Below, piece by piece: positions 18,555 through 24,310 of a stretch of DNA of 24,310 bases. Origin of the DNA: Fibrobacterales bacterium (GTDB lineage: Bacteria > Fibrobacterota > Fibrobacteria > Fibrobacterales > JAOPTW01); contig JAOPTW010000062.1 of NCBI GenBank assembly GCA_051532035.1, positions 1-24,310 on the forward strand, read 5' to 3'. The notes under the pieces were generated by a model. That model did no database searches and was not told where the DNA came from. It saw only the letters and a program-made list of their open reading frames with translations. The number at the start of each line of letters is the position of its first letter. Positions within the stretch are counted from its first letter, which is position 1. The position numbers and the translations under genes were made by a program.

Positions 18555-21500
18555 CTACTGATCGGCCTCACACTGACTATTCTGGCGGACAATACCCATC
18601 TTTCTAGTGAATTTTTCACTCGGACCATTATCGAATTTAATATAGACCTGCCAGTAATATACTCCCGTACCACCTATTCGACCATTAGCGTCTTGTAAAT
18701 TCCAAGCAAGGTCGAGGATAAAGAAGTTTTTAATAGCGCTTTGACTCATGCGATCTTCGTTGGTAAATTCTCCACAGGCACCAAAACGCTGAGACCATTG
18801 AGTGATATACTGTCCAAGATGATCATATATATAAACCATCGCAGTATAGGCCCCTTGTTCTTTATAGGTACCTATTGCTAAGGAGGCATTACAACTCATA
18901 TCAAAGGGTTCAGCTGTCCGTTTATCGGTACACTCACTCTCATCATCAATATCACCAGATGTTGGATAGACTGCCGGGCGGACCCATTCTGGATTGAAGG
19001 GAATTGACTGAGATGTCGTTTCATTGAGTGCTTCGCCTGAAGTATCGTAGAGTGGAATACTATGAATCGGTATTGAATACGATTCTGCGTTTGTCGCCCC
19101 TACAACAGGGGTCCGAAATTGAGAACTGAGCAGCGCCTTACTCCCCTCAACACCACCAATCTCTACGTATCGTTCCACTGCAGGATTACCAAATTGGTCT
19201 TTTACGGGATTTGCACTATTGAGAGATATACTATCTCCAACTGCCGCGAGTGACATCGTACCACTCGTATCAAGAACAAGCTTCCACTGCTTTGATTCAT
19301 TCAGATCATCATTCTCATCAACCGATGTTGGTATTTCTAACAGTACAAGAGGGAAGCTTTTACCGTCAGTGGTATGGAGCGTAAAGAGTGATCCCCAGCC
19401 TTCCTCAGGAAGAGACACTGTCTCTGATAGCGTAATCAATAACGTATCGGGAGTACGATGTGTCGATATGGAATCATCATCGTGCTTAATTGCGAAATAA
19501 GCCATCTCGGCAGGTACTTTTTCAATTGAGACCACCACGGGCCCCACTCTATCTTCTATAAGGACTGAGGTCTCGCCATAATCGATATACGGCGGCTTAT
19601 CTGCATCTGCCTCCGTTGCCACCTCAAACGCATCATGTAATTCAAGTTTAACGGTCAGTGAGTCTACCTGAATTATATCTCTTTTTCGCACCTTTTCATC
19701 ATTCTTCCCCTCTTTGGGCCAATCAATTGAGGTAAAGTCATAGAGGTATTCTGAAACGGGGAGATCAAAGGTAACGAGGATCGTTTCTGCACGCCCATCA
19801 CTATTGTCATCAAAGATCTCTGCCTTTACAATATCGGGATCGGGAAGACAGGGATCGAGTACCACTGTTGTTGTTGCTTCACAAAACATAGTAGTAGACC
19901 AATCCATTCCTGGGGCTTCTTTAATGGCGTTATTATACCGAGCGGTATAGGTAGTGGTCGTTTTAGGGCTTACAGCGGGTCTTTCATTAATCAGAGTCTC
20001 ATCTTGTCCATCTTCCTGATATACCCATTCAACAAAATTCCCTCGACCCGATGCGCTGAGAGTCACCTCTTCATTAAGGCAGATACTCACGGTATCTTTC
20101 GCTTCGAGGTCACAATCACCACACTCTTCGGTTGTTACCGAAATAACCTTTTCGGCGATACAATGGCCATCATCATAAACAACTTCAAATTCTGTATCAG
20201 TTCCTACAGAAAAAATAGGAGACATAATATTTAGGTCGTTTAGCAGCACCTCAGAACGCCACGTATAGCGATCATCAATTACAGAGAACGCATCAGGATC
20301 TGTAGAGACATTATTAAGGGTATCGTTTTCCCCAGCACACATGAGTATATCACCACCAAAATTATCATCCAACATATCTACTGTAATTTTAAGGCCGATA
20401 ACTTTTGTCTCTTCACATTCTCTCCCAACAATTTCTACTTCAAACTCAAAGGGCCCTGTCCCCTCTCTACTATTTGGGGTAAAGTAGAGAGTATCATTAT
20501 CAGCAGATGCGTCACCGAGCATATGTAAATGGCCAGAAGGGCTACTCCACGTATACCGTTTACCACCTGAGGCAATTAAGGGTACCTTAAGGTCGCACGC
20601 GAGGGTAAAGTCGTGATGGCCTAAGCTGTTTACACCAGCCTCTCCAGAGAGCGAGGCAAAATCAGAAAAGTACCCTCCTTTTGCTCCACCGGTTGTACCT
20701 TCAAGTACTCCCAAATGAAAAAGCCCATCTCCGTCATCTTTGGGTGTAGTATTTTGTATACGAAGAGTATTCCCTATAGTGAGTGAGTCTCGAAACATTG
20801 ATTTATTGCTAAAATAGAACCACTCATCTCCTCCAGCTGTAGCGACTTCAGTAAAATTAGAACTGGCAATTTTTGTAAAGCTCCCACCATTGATGCTATA
20901 TTCAAAATTATCTTTATTTGATTTTCTCGTAATCAAGTTTACATCAAAATGATCTTCTTTTGGGTCGTCAGGGCTTTGAGTACGAACCAAGGTCACATCC
21001 TTGGAGCCTGTACAGACAATAGGAGGTACAATATTTCCACCCACCTCATCATAATACCCCGTACCTTGAAAAAGGTGTACTCGTTGTCCTTTTTCTTTTA
21101 CCGAAAAATAGTTTGCCTCATCCTTTAACCGAATTCCAATGACGTCGCCCTTGCCTGTAAGAGTATACTCTTCACCATCATATTCAATGGTAGTTGTTCC
21201 ATCACTCACCGTAGTTAAAAAAGCAGTCTCTTCAGATATGCTATCAAGAGGAGTCGATCCGGTACGACCATTTTCTAATTCTCCACGAATGACAATAAAC
21301 TGAGATCCTGCCAATGCATCGGGAACCAATTGATCGCCCATGGTATCTTGCCCACTCATATCACCTGGATCAGTAACGGAATCGTCCTTAAACATTACGA
21401 CAATGGGCTTCTTTGCGGTAATGTATGTACCGCCGACATGGCCAGAGGGAAGCATTTTTTTGCTCGTGCCGACGACTGTTCTCACAGAAGAGCCATTAAA

Positions 21501-22193
21501 AGATTCACCACGCATCAATACAATAGAAAAAGGTTTACCTGCGGGATATATTCCGGTACTACTTCCATTACTTGCAATATCATTTTTGGGGATTATCGTT
21601 ATTTCGGTGTCATCCTCAGTCGCAACGATATCAAATGCACTACTCGCGGCATAACTCGTACTATTTTCCCAACGATCTCGTCCTGGAATAGTGAAGGCAT
21701 ACCCTTTTGCGCTCTCACCTTTCAGGGTGGTAATATCACGATTTAATTGAGCATATCGGTCGATATAGGCGGTAAAACGAGCATCACCTCCAACGGTTTT
21801 AGGTTTTGCTGATATAAGTAATCCTCGGGTATCAATAATACCACGTCGGCCAGGGAGCCCACTCTCAATCCAGTTAGTATCATTTGCATGTAAATGAGTA
21901 TTTGTCGGATCACCAATGATATCAACGAGAGATAGTTCACCAGAAGCGCCACCTATAATATCTACTGTCCCTACAAGGCGGTTATTATCTGCGGGCATCG
22001 TTATAGTTATGGTTATATCATCACCGAGTGAAGCAAATCTGAGTGCTGCATGACTATCATGGCTATAGCCATTTGCCCCATGGCCCGAAGCAAGATCAGG
22101 TATCGCTGCCCAATATTCGGTGTAGCCCGATGCACTAATAGAAACTATAGCACACAGTAAAAATGTCGATATGAATCGTAAAATAGTAATAAT
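18555..22193 (-). CDS. Large secreted multidomain protein (~1200 aa): IgGFc-binding-like N-terminal region, Cys-containing Ig-like modules, Fibrobacter-style C-terminal region
   Basis: FDIVATEDDTEITI.P, GTYITAKKPIVV, GDQLVP, VPPIVCTGS, GYFSDF resemble the IgGFc-binding domain; C-terminal IYDHLGQYI...WNLQDANGRIGGTGVYYW; frame stays open upstream of ATG 21998 to a TAA at 22208-22206 and encodes a signal peptide; start coordinate approximate. Confidence 0.8.
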   Translation of the reverse strand: MITILRFISTFLLCAIVSISASGYTEYWAAIPDLASGHGANGYSHDSHAALRFASLGDDITITITMPADNNRLVGTVDIIGGASGELSLVDIIGDPTNTHLHANDTNWIESGLPGRRGIIDTRGLLISAKPKTVGGDARFTAYIDRYAQLNRDITTLKGESAKGYAFTIPGRDRWENSTSYAASSAFDIVATEDDTEITIIPKNDIASNGSSTGIYPAGKPFSIVLMRGESFNGSSVRTVVGTSKKMLPSGHVGGTYITAKKPIVVMFKDDSVTDPGDMSGQDTMGDQLVPDALAGSQFIVIRGELENGRTGSTPLDSISEETAFLTTVSDGTTTIEYDGEEYTLTGKGDVIGIRLKDEANYFSVKEKGQRVHLFQGTGYYDEVGGNIVPPIVCTGSKDVTLVRTQSPDDPKEDHFDVNLITRKSNKDNFEYSINGGSFTKIASSNFTEVATAGGDEWFYFSNKSMFRDSLTIGNTLRIQNTTPKDDGDGLFHLGVLEGTTGGAKGGYFSDFASLSGEAGVNSLGHHDFTLACDLKVPLIASGGKRYTWSSPSGHLHMLGDASADNDTLYFTPNSREGTGPFEFEVEIVGRECEETKVIGLKITVDMLDDNFGGDILMCAGENDTLNNVSTDPDAFSVIDDRYTWRSEVLLNDLNIMSPIFSVGTDTEFEVVYDDGHCIAEKVISVTTEECGDCDLEAKDTVSICLNEEVTLSASGRGNFVEWVYQEDGQDETLINERPAVSPKTTTTYTARYNNAIKEAPGMDWSTTMFCEATTTVVLDPCLPDPDIVKAEIFDDNSDGRAETILVTFDLPVSEYLYDFTSIDWPKEGKNDEKVRKRDIIQVDSLTVKLELHDAFEVATEADADKPPYIDYGETSVLIEDRVGPVVVSIEKVPAEMAYFAIKHDDDSISTHRTPDTLLITLSETVSLPEEGWGSLFTLHTTDGKSFPLVLLEIPTSVDENDDLNESKQWKLVLDTSGTMSLAAVGDSISLNSANPVKDQFGNPAVERYVEIGGVEGSKALLSSQFRTPVVGATNAESYSIPIHSIPLYDTSGEALNETTSQSIPFNPEWVRPAVYPTSGDIDDESECTDKRTAEPFDMSCNASLAIGTYKEQGAYTAMVYIYDHLGQYITQWSQRFGACGEFTNEDRMSQSAIKNFFILDLAWNLQDANGRIGGTGVYYWQVYIKFDNGPSEKFTRKMGIVRQNSQCEADQ

Positions 22194-22561
22194 ATCCCCG
22201 CTGATTTATGTGCATACACGGCTCTTTTGTTCCATCATACCTTCTGTCCCCACAGAAAATGATTGAGCTGTTTGTGTATGGGTATGCTAAATGTATATTA
22301 AACAACAAGGGTTGTTATGTAAAGAAGATGTTTACAATGGGCTTGTGGTTAATAGAGTTGTTTTTTGGGGGATTACAGGCTGCATAGCTGGTCTAACTTT
22401 TAAGCGGAAAGAGCAAGGAAAATTACAAAGGGCAGGAAACATTTGTTATGTAAAATTTGAAGTAAAAACATTTTCTATAGATCTAGCAGGGTTCACCTGA
22501 CAAAAATTATTGCTTAATAATTATATTTTGTAGATGTTTAATGTTATTAAAGTTTAACTTA

Positions 22562-24013
22562 ATGAAATTCTACTATTTTTTATCTTTCCTCTTGATAGGT
22601 TGTTTTACATCTCAACCTGAACCTAAACTAGCATCCTCCTCAACAAAAGGAAATGCAGTTAGTAGCTCAAGTGATGAAAATAGGGTTGTTGGATTTTCTT
22701 CTTCATTCAAGAGAGCTAGTAGTAATGAGAATGGGCAACTAATTAGCTCTACTGAAATTATTTCAAGTTCAATATCTTCTGATCCTTCAATGTCATTATC
22801 CAGCCAATACCACAGTAGATATTCATCAGAATTAGAAAGTATTTCCTCTCAACATTTCACAAATGAAAATATAGATAATGGTTCTTTAAAAGAACAGATA
22901 ATTGGAGCTTGGAAAGTATCTAATAGTACGTCGTGTAATAATCATTTTTATAGGCATATGGGTATTGATTCCTTACGAATTTATTCAGATGGTACCTTCT
23001 GGGAAAATGCTCGCCATAGAAATGTAACTTTCAATATAGAGACAATGTCAGGTGATACATCATACCATAATCAATGGATTTCTCAGAAAGGATACTGGGA
23101 ATTAGAGGACAAATATTTGATTATGACATATAAGAATCGTACTCAAGAATATGATACTACACTAGTACCAAGAAACTCGCATAACATAAATTCTAATGAA
23201 AGGGTATATCGAGTAAATATACATTCGAATCAATTAACCTTAACAAATGGTGATTATTTTAGGAAATACGATGATTTATATATCAGAAAAATCCCTGATA
23301 CATATGGTTATTCTCCAAATTTAAACAACTTTTATTCTCTAGTTATATTTAATACATTAACTGATGAATGGGTTGAAAGTAGCTATAAGAACGGTAATTC
23401 AAGGATGGAAAGCTTTACATACTGTCCAGTTGTTACACTCTTTTCTGAGTGTGACCATAGCTATTATTCAGATACATCATACATAGAAAATAATACATTG
23501 TTTATATTAAAAGACTCCGTGTATGACTTGTCTTATTGTGTAGAAAAAGACAATTCTATCAATGCTTCAATTCTTCCCCCACCGGTTGATACTAGTCTTT
23601 TCGAAACTTCTGATGAAACTTGTAATGATGGTATAGATAATGATTTAGACAACAAAATTGATTGTGAAGATAAGGATTGTACTTATACCAGAGCTTGTAA
23701 CTTAAAAGATGAATTTCACCAACGTAGTGGTCATGATCATATGTTTTGGGTACTGAATGCAGAAGAACAAATGCGGGGTAACTATGATGAATTTATTGGA
23801 CTACCTGATAATCATACAAGACGAGAAGAACTTATAAAGAATTATTCGCAACATTTAGCTGCAAATCATACTGTAAAAAATGTGATAAAGGCTGAATTGA
23901 TGATAGATAAGAATCACTTTGATCAAATTCATTATCAAAATATTTTGAACTATATCGACACTTCTATGGTTAGGTATGATTCTCTGTATTTAGAAATGTT
24001 GAAAAATCCTTAA
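22562..24013 (+). CDS. Hypothetical AT-rich lipoprotein with Ser-rich linker and a Cys/Asp-rich putative metal-binding motif
   Basis: MKFYYFLSFLLIGC lipobox (ATG 22562); Ser-rich stretch; IIGAWK; ETCNDGIDNDLDNKIDCEDKDC. Confidence 0.8.
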   Translation: MKFYYFLSFLLIGCFTSQPEPKLASSSTKGNAVSSSSDENRVVGFSSSFKRASSNENGQLISSTEIISSSISSDPSMSLSSQYHSRYSSELESISSQHFTNENIDNGSLKEQIIGAWKVSNSTSCNNHFYRHMGIDSLRIYSDGTFWENARHRNVTFNIETMSGDTSYHNQWISQKGYWELEDKYLIMTYKNRTQEYDTTLVPRNSHNINSNERVYRVNIHSNQLTLTNGDYFRKYDDLYIRKIPDTYGYSPNLNNFYSLVIFNTLTDEWVESSYKNGNSRMESFTYCPVVTLFSECDHSYYSDTSYIENNTLFILKDSVYDLSYCVEKDNSINASILPPPVDTSLFETSDETCNDGIDNDLDNKIDCEDKDCTYTRACNLKDEFHQRSGHDHMFWVLNAEEQMRGNYDEFIGLPDNHTRREELIKNYSQHLAANHTVKNVIKAELMIDKNHFDQIHYQNILNYIDTSMVRYDSLYLEMLKNP

Positions 24014-24183
24014 TAACTTTATACTCAAAAAAGTATTTTAACAACATGGTAAAGGACCTTATTTATTGATCAGTTTGATTAAAAGTAAGTTAGATACTAC
24101 AACGAAAGCCCTTTGTAACTCTCCACAACACTGCGAGCCGTCAATTAACCACTCCTCAATTCGTGCAATTTAGTTGGTCGCAG

Positions 24184-24310
24184 TGTAATCCCCCCCCTTG
24201 TCTCAGGGCAAAATGTCCGCTTGATTACCTAAATAATTGGGCGAAATTGAGTAATAATGAGACAGAAATATACTGGAAGAGAAGAGTTCTTAAAGAGAAT
24301 CAAAAAGCCT
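24184..24310 (+). mobile_element. Possible left end of an IS3-family element (truncated by the window, possibly degenerate)
   Basis: Begins TGTAATCCCCCCCCTTGTCTCAGGGCA (TG start plus C-run, as in IS3-type inverted repeats); ORF from 24257 reads MRQKYTGREEFLKRIKKP, loosely like an OrfA N-terminus. Confidence 0.35.

Noticed and set aside
129..21952. Numerous short ORFs (60-150 aa) nested in or antisense to the long genes, e.g. 129..578, 775..1104, 8066..8443, 13612..13935, 21330..21746
   Set aside because: They overlap well-supported genes and have no recognisable motifs; they are shadow ORFs
22291..22500. 69 aa ORF in the divergent intergenic region
   Set aside because: No RBS or motif; likely spurious
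1..24310. CRISPR array, tRNA/rRNA, riboswitch or prophage
   Set aside because: Intergenic regions are short; I see no spaced direct repeats, cloverleaf or rRNA signatures, recognisable aptamers or phage genes by eye

Overview
Bacterial genomic DNA with about 20 protein-coding genes, many with Shine-Dalgarno-type RBSs. I see no rRNA, tRNA or CRISPR array. The style of the secreted proteins suggests a Fibrobacterota-like host, but this is tentative. The core (5.8-15.5 kb) is a nitrite/redox/sulfur cluster. On the minus strand: nrfH-nrfA (cytochrome c nitrite reductase), a terminator, a translationally coupled cysM-rhodanese-osmC trio, then ccsB-ccsA (system II cytochrome c maturation) and ygbA. 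Two msrAB fusions bracket the cluster, one cytoplasmic and one lipoprotein. A nearby cupin gene has an FNR/Dnr-type box at class II promoter spacing. Left flank: YyaL/SPATA20 thioredoxin-domain protein, class I glutamine amidotransferase, an acidic coiled-coil lipoprotein and an M14 peptidase. Right flank: a GT-C (GT87-like)/GT2 (TIGR04283-like) fusion, an EamA transporter, a ~1200 aa secreted IgGFc-binding-like protein whose signal-peptide region has no canonical start codon, an AT-rich lipoprotein gene and a possible IS3-like end at the window edge. All family assignments come from motif recognition by eye, not database searches.
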